Positions 12,770-25,807 of a DNA stretch of 64,000 nt are shown piece after piece (the first letter of the stretch is position 1; the number at the start of each line of letters is the position of its first letter). Under the pieces are notes generated by a model. That model was not told the origin of the DNA, did not search any database, and was given only the letters and a program-made list of their open reading frames with translations. This DNA is from Octopus sinensis (lineage: Eukaryota), in NCBI RefSeq assembly GCF_006345805.1, contig NC_043004.1:91140001-91204000 (forward strand). The letters are read 5' to 3'. A program made the position numbers and the translations under genes.

Positions 12770-13225
12770 CTCTTCCCGTCTCCCTCCAACCTGATTCTCT
12801 GCACTCCACGCACCCCCACTATTTACTTCCTTCCCAAAATCCACAAGCCCAACAACCCTGGCTGCCTCATTGTCTCCACCTGTAACTGCCCCATGGAATT
12901 GACTCAAAATACCTTGACTGTATCCTTGCAACTCTAGTGGCTTCCCTCTCCTCCCACATCCATGACCCTCATCATGCTCTCTGCTTCTTCAACTCTTTCT
13001 CCTTCCCTCCTTGGCCCCTCTAAACTTCTCTTCATTCTTGATATCAAGAGTCTATATACATTGATCCCATACAACAAAGGACTTCTTTCCACTCAAATAC
13101 TTCCTAGACCTTGACCTAACCCCCAACCTGACACCTCCGCACTTCTTCGTCTGGCCAAACTTGTTCTCTCCCTCAACTGCTTCTTGTTCACAGGGAATTT
13201 TTTTACCAACGTGCATTGAGTATTT
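12770..13225 (+). mobile_element. Penelope-like element RT fragment (decayed)
   Basis: PTIYFLPKIHKPNNPG..IVS and LDIKSLYTLIP...LLRLAKLVLSLNCF motifs. Confidence 0.8.
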
Positions 13226-13329
13226 ATGTGTGTATGCATGCATGCACACATAAATATTCAATCTGTCTGTCTGTCTGTATGTATGAATCTATGTTTATGT
13301 GTGTGTGAGTGTGTGTGTCTGTGTGTGTG

Positions 13330-13362
<33 letters not shown>

Positions 13363-14936
13363 CGTTCGGCTTAACAGCCCTTCTTGTTTGTGTTACTGTT
13401 ATTCTCCTTGTCCTGTCTTTTACTGTTTATATTTTGTACTGTCTTTACTGTCCTGTTTTTGTTACCATTTTTACCCCTCCGCAAAAAAATCTCAAATTTT
13501 ATTTAATTTGATTTTCACGGGAAGGATTGTTTCATTAAAGTCATGTATCGCCTTGACCTTCGAAACGTGGAGTAGAGGAAACAAAGGCAACTGAAGAAGG
13601 GGATTTTTCCTTGTTTTGTATGTCCTGTACTCTATTTTTTCGTTGTTTAAGAAAAATGTCCATTTCCTTGGTTTTGTGTTTATGTTTTTGTTTCTCATTG
13701 TGTTGGACGTTTTTTTGGTGTCCTGTACCCATATATGCATGTATATATACATGTAGAGGTAGGTACATACATATATGTATGTACGTATGTACGTATATAT
13801 GCATATGCATATCTAGTAATTTAAGGTTGTTAAGCATGAGACTTGCTTCCAAGCTGATCCTAGACATCATGCATTTATGCATCCTACTCTAAATACAGCC
13901 ATGCTGGCCAGAGAATAGAAAGAGAGAGGTTGCTCATATTAGATGTAGCGAAGGGTAGGTAATTTGCTCTTTTTAGCAGTTGAAGAAGGTTCCTCGAAAA
14001 GTCTCTCTAGAATGCTTATGTCGAGTTTTTTTTCAGTAGAAGCCCTGTGTTAAATGAGTGTCAGTGTCAGTACATGCTTGTATGAGCAGCCTTTCTGGAG
14101 GTATTTTGTACAGGAGTGTTTCAAAACCCTATCCTTGTATCATCATCATGATCATCATCGTTTAACGTCCGTTTTCCATGCTAGCCTGGGTTGGACGGTT
14201 CAACTGGGATCTGGGAAGCCAGAAGGCTGCACCAGGCTCCAGTCTGATCTGGCAGTGTTTCTACAGCTGGATGCCCTTCCTAACGCCAACCACTCCGTGA
14301 GTGTAGTGGTGGCTATTTTGATTAATTGTTACCTCCTCCAACAAGTCATTGTTATTCTCTTGAACAGAAGTGAAGTTGATAAAGGTGAACTTGTACATTT
14401 GCTTGTGGGTTTTGTTGTTGTTCTTGTACTGGATTTGGTTTTTGTTTTCATTTTTGCCGTGAAGGCATGTGAAAGCATGTAGCCGAGTGGTTAGAGTATT
14501 CAGCTCGTGGTCATAAGATTGTGAGTTCAAAACCTGGCAGCACATTGTATCCTTGAGCAAGACACTTTATTTCACGTTGCTTCAGTCTAATCAGCTGGTA
14601 AAAATGAGTAGAATCTATATTTTCAAAAGCCAGTCTTGTCACACTCTGAGTCACTCTGAATCTCCCAGAGAGCCACATTTAGGGTATATGTGTGGGTGGA
14701 GTAGGCTGTTCCATTGATTGGATCAACTGGGGGATGTTGCTAGTAGGGATCAATTTGTTCAGCTGTTGCAGTGGAGGAAGCAGGGGTGATAGTGGCAGTT
14801 CTATTGTCCTTGTTTTTGCTATTCCACCCCACCCCTACTCTTCACTTTCACAAGCATTCTTGTTCTTCTTGCTATTGTTGTTCTCATTGTTGTGATTATT
14901 GCTGTGTCTTGAAACTGAAATTGTCAGAAAGCTCTT

Positions 14937-15155
14937 TCTGGAAACGTTAGCACGCCGGGCGAAATGCGTAGCCGTATTTCGTCTGGCATTACGTTCTGAG
15001 TTCAAATTCCGCCGAGGTCGACTTTACCTTTCATCCTTTCGGGGTCGATAAATTAAGTACCAGTCACGCACTGGGGTCGATATAACCAACTCAATCCATT
15101 TGTCTGTCCTTGTTTGTCCTCTCTATGTTTAGCCCCTTGTGGGTAGTAAAGAAAT
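14937..15155 (+). mobile_element. SINE family B; other copies near 16618, 24975 (tail duplicated), 62462, 63750-64000
   Basis: B-box-like gagttcaaattcc; conserved core ctttcatcctttcggggtcgataaa..aagtaccag; tail gtgggtagtaaagaaata. Confidence 0.75.
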
Positions 15156-15483
15156 ATCTATTAAAAGTAAGGAAATGAGAGTTGCTGCCATTGCTGGTCT
15201 CCTTATTTTGGCCTTTATTGTTGGTATTCTTCTTTTTCTTTTCTTGTTCTTTTTTTTTTTTTTGCTGTTGTTACTGTTTTCCCTTGGTGCTTTGAGGCAA
15301 ACATTCAGACAAAATCCCATTTTGATAAGTGATAGCTTGTGAGGGATTGCTCCCTGCTCAGTCTGTGTTGATTCTCACCACTCCTGTTGCTTGAATAGTT
15401 AACATTGTGACATTTTTATAGAATGTTTGTTTTCTAAACGCAGACAATAGCTGTGTTTTCCTTAATTAGGGAAGTGTCTTTAA

Positions 15484-15704
15484 CCCTTTCGTTACCAACC
15501 CGGCTGGAACCGGCTCTGGCTCTGTAGTACAAATGTCTTGTTTTCATAAGTTTTGAATTAAAATCTTCCACCAAACCTTAGTCACAATTTATGTTCCTAA
15601 CACTAGCTTAATGGTAACTAAGTTATTTTACTAAATTCTTTGTTATATTTAAAGTAATTGAAAAAAACACAGAGCATCTCAAAATAAATACAGTAACGAA
15701 AGGG
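15484..15704. mobile_element. piggyBac-type MITE (221 bp)
   Basis: Perfect TIR ccctttcgttac / gtaacgaaaggg; TTAA duplicated at 15480-15483 and 15705-15708. Confidence 0.85.
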
Positions 15705-16087
15705 TTAAGCCCTCACTTTTCTGAGTATATTGTGAACAAACTCAAGTCATTAAATCCAAATGTGTTTGAGAAAAAGTCTGAAGAAACAATTATAGACATG
15801 TTGACTGATGACAGGCATGGTTTCTATTGCTCGGAGATGATGATGATGAAGAGGATGATAATGGTGTTAATTAACAACAACAACATTTATAAAGTTAATA
15901 AAGTATTTTTCTTATTTGTGAAATATTTTAATGAAATTCTTTTAGAAATAAAAAAAAAATTAAATACTCTGATACCAGCAGTCATTCTTGCTGTTGACAG
16001 TCTGCTAATAAATTTTTAACGAATAGAATATTGTGGGATAAAATAATGCTGCTGCTGCTGCTATTACTACTGCTGCTGTTGCTGCCA

Positions 16088-16131
<44 letters not shown>

Positions 16132-16150
16132 GTTATTGCTTTTATTATTA

Positions 16151-16181
<31 letters not shown>

Positions 16182-16349
16182 CTTTTTTTTTTCCTCTTCT
16201 TTCAAATTTGCTTCCATTTCTTGCCGAGTGTCTTCCCGACTGCTAGGGCAAAGAAACTCATAGTATACATTGGTAGGCCATTAAACCAAACTCACTAGTT
16301 CGTTCATTTAAAAAAATTTTTTTTTAAAGTTAAATTAAAATACATGGGT

Positions 16350-16550
16350 AGTAATAGTTCTCACATCGACAATGCTCTTCTCAATACATGTGATGTACCA
16401 GTTAAGACAATCTTTTGCACTTCTTGCAGGGATGGTTAGCCAGGGATCATTCTCATATAATTTTCGGTTCCCTTCTTGATCATTCCTAGTGCTCCTACGA
16501 TCACTGGTATTGTAACTACCTTGAGATGCCACATTTTCTCAATATTTCTC
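16350..16550 (-). mobile_element. R4/Dong endonuclease C-terminal fragment
   Basis: IEKMWHLKVVTIPVIVGALGMIKKG; next to (TAA)n. Confidence 0.7.
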
Positions 16551-16614
<64 letters not shown>

Positions 16615-16821
16615 TATGGTGGTGAACTGGCGGAATTGTTAGCACACCAACTAAATGCTTAGCAGCATTTTGTCCCTCTTTGTTCTGAGTTCAAATTCTT
16701 CCTAGGTTGACTTTGCTTTTCATCCTTTCAGTGTTAAGGAAATAAGTACCAATTGCATACTGGGGTTGATATAATCGACTAGCCCCTCTCCAAAAATTTC
16801 AGGCCTTATGCCTTTAGTAGA

Positions 16822-16860
<39 letters not shown>

Positions 16861-16862
<2 letters not shown>

Positions 16863-17064
16863 TATGTTTGACTTTTGCTTTATGTTTGTACAAGTTGGCT
16901 CCAAGTCTCACCCAGAGACCTTAAGAGACAACAGGCTGGAAGTTCACGTTGTTATTATGCCTAATGTGCCATATATTTGGGGGTTTTTTTGGTGTTGTAC
17001 TATTGAATGTCTAATAAATAAATTTAAAAAAAAAAGGTTGTTATTATTATTATTATTGTTGTTG

Positions 17065-17112
<48 letters not shown>

Positions 17113-17325
17113 TATGTTTGACTTTTGTTTTATGTTTGTACAAGTTGGCTCCAAGTCTCACCCAGAGACCTTAAGAGACAACAGGCTGGAAGTTCACGTT
17201 GTTGTTATGCCTAATGTGCCATATATTTGGGGTTTTTTTGGTGTTGTACTATTGAATGTCTAAAAATAAATTTAAAAAAAAAGGTTGTTATTATTATTAT
17301 TATTGTTGTGTTGTTTTTATTATTA

Positions 17326-17357
<32 letters not shown>

Positions 17358-17557
17358 TATGTTTGACTTTTGTTTTATGTTTGTACAAGTTGGCTCCAAG
17401 TCTCACCCAGAGACCTTAGAGACAACAGGCTGGAAGTTCACGTTGTTGTTATGCCTAATGTGCCATATATTTGGGGTTCTTTTGGTGTTGTACTATTGAA
17501 TGTCTAATAAATAAATTTTAAAAAAAAAGGTTGTTATTATTATTATTATTATTGTTG

Positions 17558-17615
<58 letters not shown>

Positions 17616-17811
17616 TATTATTATTATTATTATTCTATGTTTGACTTTTGCTTTATGTTTGTACAAGTTGGCTCCAAGTCTCACCCAGAGACCTCAAGAG
17701 ACAACAGGCTGGAAGTTCACGTTGTTATTATGCCTAATGTGCCATATATTTGGGTTTTTTTTTGGTGTTGTACTATTGAACGTCTAATAAATAAATTTAA
17801 AAAAAAGGTTG
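16861..17811 (-). repeat. Four tandem ~180-bp copies of the R4/Dong 3' UTR separated by variable (TAA)n spacers
   Basis: Units at 16861-17040, 17111-17287, 17356-17533, 17634-17811; homologous to 4717-4880. Confidence 0.88.
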
Positions 17812-17838
17812 TTATTATTATTATTATTATTGTTGTTG

Positions 17839-17892
<54 letters not shown>

Positions 17893-17898
17893 TATTAC

Positions 17899-18438
17899 TG
17901 AGTGAGAGAACAGTGCATGTCATCAAATTGACACTGGGGAACAAATATATGAAGTGCAATATATGCATGATGACTACCCATCTGATAAGGGTACATCAGG
18001 CACATGCATCACAGCCATATGTACACAACATGGTGATCTCATATCAAGGTACATAGTGTATGACCTTGCAAGTGGGTCCCAGTTAGAATTTTCTTCAGTT
18101 CAAGTAGCTCATCCCACTTGATAGGTCTCTGAATAAGAGTTGTTAAAAGGTGTTGAATGCTTCCATAGGTAAATTATTCAAACCCCAAAGAATTCCTCTC
18201 AACACATGGCTATGATACTCTCCTCCCACTACTTCTGCTCATGATCAGAGATGCACATATCGTCAACCAATAAGGGACATGCTCAACTGGTTAAGGTCAA
18301 ACAAGTGAGAGGCAAATCTGTGGTATTGAACAGAATATTTGCTACAACCCATCTTTTTTTACCAAGAAAAAAAAACATGTACATGATAACACTTCCAATC
18401 AGTTAAGATCAGAAGCCATGAGAGCCAGTGCCTGGTAC

Positions 18439-18439
<1 letters not shown>
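17899..18439 (-). mobile_element. ~560-bp (TAA)n-embedded element, reverse copy
   Basis: Reverse complement of 11929-12485, slightly 5'-truncated; flanked by (TTA)n on +. Confidence 0.8.
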
Positions 18440-18478
<39 letters not shown>

Positions 18479-18980
18479 TTTTATTTTTTCAAGGCAGCAA
18501 GCTGGTAGATTTGTTATCATGCCAGACAAAACTGTTAATGGCATTTCTTCTGGCTCTTAATGTTCTGAGTTCAAATACCACTGTGGTTGATTTTTGCCTT
18601 TCATCCTTTCAGCATCAATAAAATAAGTATGAGTAAAATATTGGGGTTGATGGTATTAACTTACTATCTCCTCAAACTCGTTAGCCTTATGCCAAAATTA
18701 GGAAAAGAATTATCATGATCATGATCACGCTGATGATGATGATGATCATCATCATCATCAGCGTTTAACATCCGTTTTCCGTGCTAGCATGGGTTGGACG
18801 GTTCGACCGGGGTCTGGGAAGCCAGGGGCTGCACTAGGCTCCAGTCTGATCTGGCAGTGTTTCTACAGCTGGATACCCTTCCTAACGCCAACCACTCTGC
18901 GAGTGTAGTGGGTGCTTTTTACGTGCCACCTGCACAGGTGCCAGGTGGGGTCTGGCATCGGCCACAATCGGTTGGTGCTG

Positions 18981-19031
<51 letters not shown>

Positions 19032-19234
19032 ATCATTATTATTATTATTAACACACCTCAGCATATGCACAAACTAAAACTTCAATGAAATTATTGGTGA
19101 TGTGCTATCATCACCTTTGTACATATAACACCATGTGGAGAGCAGGCATCAATATTTGATTTGGACAATGATGTCAGTGCATTGTTAATAATTTTCTTGT
19201 TATTATTTCTTGGGAACTTCACTAGGAAATGAAA

Positions 19235-19539
19235 CTCATCATAAAGTCAATACCACCATAACTGATATCCAATCTACAGTGGAGAAGGCTAGCCACTGGA
19301 TTTGATTAAAAAGAGACGATGAGCGATGGCTAGAAGGATATTGAATTTAACTTCATAACCAGCTGATCTAGCAAGCGGGGCCTCAAATCAGTGAGGGGGG
19401 TCGGTGCGCATTGATGCCGTCGAGAGGTAGGCCCCGAAATGGCGTGCATTCTCTCCTGATGACCCCATACACTTGCTAGCTTCCGGTATATGGAGCTTTT
19501 GACTGGTAGCACTTGGATGCGCAAGTTGTTTGCAAGACA
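19235..19539 (+). mobile_element. HERO/R2-type LINE 3' fragment with 27-bp direct repeats (duplicate at about 21348-21650)
   Basis: Peptide remnant DIQSTVEKASHWI*LKRDDERW followed by a GC-richer UTR; tcttgggaacttcactaggaaatgaaa at 19208-19234 and 19540-19566. Confidence 0.6.
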
Positions 19540-20009
19540 TCTTGGGAACTTCACTAGGAAATGAAATAATACCAATAGCAACAGTAATAATAAAATAAAT
19601 GTTTCAATTTTAAGTACAAGGGTAGCAATTTTAGGGGTAGGGAAATGGGTGATTACATTGACCTCAGTGTCTGACTGACTGGTATTTAATTTTATCAACC
19701 TTGAGGAGATGAAAGGCAAAGTTTGACTTTGGCAGGCTTTGAATTTGGAATATAAAGAGTTGTTATTCTTAGCAGCATTTCAACCATCTTTACATTCTGA
19801 GTTCAAATTCCACTAGAGTAGACTTCACTTTTCATCCTTTCAATGTTGATGAAATAAGTATCAGTTGAATACTGCAGTTGATATAATCAACTTACACTCT
19901 CTCCTGAAATTTCTGGCTTTGTGCCAAAATTTTAAAAGCATTTTTACTATTGACTACTAATACTACTACTACTACACACTACTACAACTACTACTACAAC
20001 TACTACGAC

Positions 20010-20045
<36 letters not shown>

Positions 20046-20082
20046 CACCACCACACCACCACCACCACCACCACCACCCCCC

Positions 20083-20161
<79 letters not shown>

Positions 20162-20180
20162 TATTATCATTATTATTATT

Positions 20181-20478
20181 ATGTTTGACTTTTGCTTTGT
20201 ATTTGTACAAGTTGGCTCCAAGTCTCACCCAGAGACCTCAAGAGACAACAAGTTAGAAGTTCATGTTGGTGTTATGCCTAAGGTGTCATAAATTTGGTTT
20301 TGTACATAGTATTGTTCTTGAGAATGTTTAAGAAAACTATGAGTTTGCTTTAAAATTTGAGATTACATAGACAGTATTTTACACAGGATATGGGCAGTTC
20401 CCATGAGCACTATCTTTTGAATTTCTGCCATTTTGGGGTTTCCTGGTATCTGACCTAGGTAGCAATCAGCCACTTTTT
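20181..20478 (-). mobile_element. R4/Dong 3' fragment (ORF end + UTR) at the duplication junction
   Basis: Homologous to 4717-5030; between TAA tracts. Confidence 0.8.
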
Positions 20479-20485
20479 ATTATTA

Positions 20486-20526
<41 letters not shown>

Positions 20527-20543
20527 TATTATTATTATTATTA

Positions 20544-20586
<43 letters not shown>

Positions 20587-21113
20587 TTATAATAATAATA
20601 TTTTTATTTTTTCAAGGCAGCAAGCTGGTAGAGATTTGTTATCATGCCAGACAAACTGTAATGGCTTTCTTCTGGCTCTTAATGTTCTGAGTTCAAATAC
20701 CACTGTGGTTGATTTTGCCTTTCATCCTTTCAGCATCAATAAAATAAGTATGAATAAAATATTGGGGTTGATGGTATTAACTTACTATCTCCTCAAACTC
20801 GTTAGCCTTGTGTCAAAATTAGGAAAAGAATTATCATGATCATGATCACGCTGATGATGATGATGATGATGATCATCATCATCGTTTAATGTTCGTTTTC
20901 CGTGCTAGCATGGGTTGGACGGTTCGACCAAGGTCTGGGAAGCCAGGGGCTGCACCAGGCTCCAGTCTGTTTTGGCAGTGTTTCTACAGCTGGATGCCCT
21001 TCCTAACGCCAACCACTCTGCGAGTGTAGTGGGTGCTTTTTACGTGCCACCTGCACAGGTGCCAGGTGGGGTCTGGCATCGGCCACAATTGGTTGGTGCT
21101 ACTACTACTACTA

Positions 21114-21145
<32 letters not shown>

Positions 21146-22061
21146 TCATTATTATTATTATTAACACACCTCAGCATATGCACAAACTAAAACTTCAATG
21201 AAATTATTGGTGATGTGCTATCATCACCTTTGTACATATAACACCTTGTGTAGAGCAGGCATCAATATTTGATTTGGACAATGATGTCAGTGCCTTGTTA
21301 ATAATTTTCTTGTTATTATTTCTTGGGAACTTCACTAGGAAATGAAACTCATCGTAAAGTCAATACCACCATAACTGATATCCAATCTACAGTGGAGAAG
21401 GCTAGCCACTGGATTTGATTAAAAAGAGACGATGAGCGATGGCTAGAAGGATATTGAGTTTAACTTCATAACCAGCTGATCTAGCAAGCGGGGCCTCATA
21501 TCAGTGAGCGGGGTCGGTGCGCATTGATGCCATCGAGAGGTAGGCCCCGAAATGGCGTGCATTCTCTCCTGATGACCCCATACACTTGCTAGCTTCCGGT
21601 ATATGGAGCTTTTGACTGGTAGCACTTGGATGCGCATTGTTTGCAAGACATCTCTGGGAACTTCACTAGAAATGAAATAATACCAATAGCAACAGTAATA
21701 TAAATAAATGTTTCAATTTTAAGTACAAGGGTAGCAATTTTAGGGGTAGGGAAATGGGTGATTACATTGACCTCAGTGTCTGACTGACTGGTATTTAATT
21801 TTGTCAACCTTGCGGAGATGAAAGGCAAAGTTTGACTTTGGCAGGCTTTGAATTTGGAATATAAAGAGTTGTTATTCTTAGCAGCATTTCAACCATCTTT
21901 ACATTCTGAGTTCAAATTCCACTAGAGTAGACTTCACTTTTCATCCTTTCGAGGTTGATGAAATAAGTATCAGTTGAATACTGCGGTTGATATAATCAAC
22001 TTACACTCTCGCCTGAAATTTCTGGCTTTGTGCCAAAATTTTAAAAGCATTTTTACTATTG

Positions 22062-22101
<40 letters not shown>

Positions 22102-22716
22102 TTTTGCTCTGCATGCTAACAATTCTGCCAGCTCACTACCTTATCAATAATGATAATAATAATAATAATCATTGTTCATTCACTTTTACATATTAGATTG
22201 GTTTAAAAAGTATATAATTTGGGATATTGTTGGATACCATTTCTGTAGCTGATACTTGCCTGATTTTTCAAGTAAGGAATCACATATCTTTGAAGGTGTG
22301 AAGCCAGCAGATGATTTGTTGACTGACAAAATAACAGCAATATCACTACTCACTGATGACAAAGAAGTGCAAATTTAAAAAAAAACACACATACACACAA
22401 ACACCCATCCATCTTCACACAAATGCACACAAATATGTGCTCATATTATTTATATACTAGCAGAATTACCCATAATTGCTCAAGATTAAAATGGCATAGT
22501 TTTTTTATGGTTTTACATGTTTCAATCATGTGACTGCAGCCATGCTGGGGAACTGCCTTTAGTTTGAGGAAATTGACCCCCAAGATTTATTCTTTGTAAG
22601 CCAAGTACTTATTCTATCAGTATCTTTGGCTGAACCACTAAGTTACGGGGACGTAAAAACAGCAATATCAGTTTTGACGTGATGGTGGGGGTACAAACAC
22701 AGACACAAACACACAA

Positions 22717-23945
<1,229 letters not shown>

Positions 23946-24644
23946 ATGAAACTATCAAAAGTGAAACGATAACTGTTACTCTGTCAAAGGTTTCATTTTT
24001 ATTCTTTGAGATTTGAGACATAACATGGAACCAGTGCCAATGTTGCATTGTTTTAATAAAAAGAAATTACATGTTGACACTCCTGGGCTCTCATAATATT
24101 ACTATGTAAAATTTGATTCGATTTGGTTGAGCTGTTTGAGAATGCATTGGGAACAAGACAGTGATACAAAGGATGATATATATATATTTTTTCTTTTACT
24201 TGTTTCAGTCATCTGACTGCGGCCATGCTGGAGCACCACCTTTAATCGAGCAACTCGACCCTGGGACTTATTCTTTTTGTAAGCCCAGTACTTATTCTAT
24301 CGGTCTCTTTTGCCGAACCGCTAAGTAACGGGGAGCATATATATATATATATAGATGATGGGCTTTTTTCAGTTTTTGTTTATAGAATCAACACACAAGG
24401 CTCTGTTTGGTCTGGGGCTGTAATAGAAGTCATTTGCCCAAAGTGCAGTACTGTGGAACTAAATCAAAAGTCGAGTTGTTGGGAAGCAAACTTCTTAACT
24501 GTACTGCTATGCTAGAGCATTGTCAATAATTCTTTAATTATTTATAGTGAACCTTGCAGAGAAAATAAGTTAGACCAACAACCATAATAACAACAACAAT
24601 AACAATAACAATGATAGTAGTAGTAGTAGTAGTGGTGGTGGTGT

Positions 24645-24690
<46 letters not shown>

Positions 24691-24768
24691 GATGGTAGTA
24701 GTAGTGGTAGTAGTAGTAGTAGTAGTAGTAGTAGCAGCAGCAGCAATAGTTATAACGACAAAATTATT

Positions 24769-24899
24769 TCATCCAATTATTTCATCTGTATTGTCTCGTT
24801 TCAACAAGATATTGTCGATGCTGTGTATAACTCCATTGAGGACAGAAAAATCAGTGCCAGAGATCTTTGCTCGAGTTTCACCATCACTTATGATAAAAT
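24769..24899 (-). CDS. FAS1 protein exon 7 (terminal; domain 2 H2 motif, stop)
   Basis: Acceptor TTTTTGTTTTTGTCCAG|; (D)FIISDGETRAKISGTDFSVLNGVIHSIDNILLKRDNTDEIIG*; canonical H2 NGVIHSID; TGA at 24771-24769. Total CDS 1068 nt = 355 aa + stop. Confidence 0.92.
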
Positions 24900-25807
24900 C
24901 TGGACAAAAACAAAAAGAATATAGAGAAAACAGTTATAACCAAATCAGTGAATGCAATTGAAGCAATATTAAATATATTTCTTTACTACCCACAAAGGGC
25001 TAAACACAGAGGGTGACAAACAAGGATAGACAAACGGATTAAGTCGATTACATCGACCCCAGTGCATAACTGGTACTTAATTTATCGACCCCGAAAGGAT
25101 GAAAGGCAAAGTCGACCTCGGCGGAATTTGACCTCAGAGCATAAAGACAGACAAAATACCTATTTCTTTACTACCCACAAGGGGCTAAACACAGAGGGGA
25201 CAAACAAGGACAGACAAACGGATTAAGTCGATTACATCAACCCCAGTGTGTAACTAGTACTTAATTTATCGACCCCGAAAGGATGAAAGGCAAATATTCT
25301 GGATATGGGCATTACCTATGTCAGAACAAGTTGGGTAGTATTTATGATAATAAATTAATAACTGGAAAATAATAAAATTGAAAAGAATTTGCAACTGCGC
25401 AAAATAAAATTATATTTACTAAATAATATACAACAGCTTAAATCCATGCCAGTCGACCTCTCTCTCTCTCTTCTCTCTTTTTCTCTCTCCCTACACACAT
25501 AGACACATATTCAAAAGAGTCATGCATACACATAATGTGTGTGTATGCATATATATATAAACATATACATACATACATGAATGCAAATACACACATACAC
25601 ACACACACACACCACTCATAGACACACAAACATACACACACACAATGAGGGTGAGTAAGCTGAAACTGCAAAATCAGTCAACTATTCACTGTGAAAGTTT
25701 AATAACCTGGATTACTCAGTACTTTTTGGTAGAGCACATGCTTATTAAACTTTTATAATGAAAGTTTGACTGATTTTTATAATATACATACATACATAAA
25801 AAAAATG

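Larger units (their letters stand above)
18475..22067. repeat. Tandem segmental duplication of ~1.5 kb (18475-19958 and 20598-22067)
   Basis: Colinear near-identical blocks containing SINE B, SINE C and the HERO-like insert. Confidence 0.9.

Noticed and set aside
15139-15342. Hydrophobic TM-like ORF
   Set aside because: It starts in a SINE tail and much of the hydrophobicity comes from a T-rich tract.
16861-17811. CRISPR-like repeat/spacer appearance
   Set aside because: The repeats are ~180-bp LINE UTR copies, the spacers are microsatellites, the context is eukaryotic, and there are no cas genes.
19425-19485. ccccgaaa...ctgatga hammerhead-like words in the HERO-like UTR
   Set aside because: The would-be stem II strands are both C-rich and cannot pair, and only 5 nt are available for stem I.
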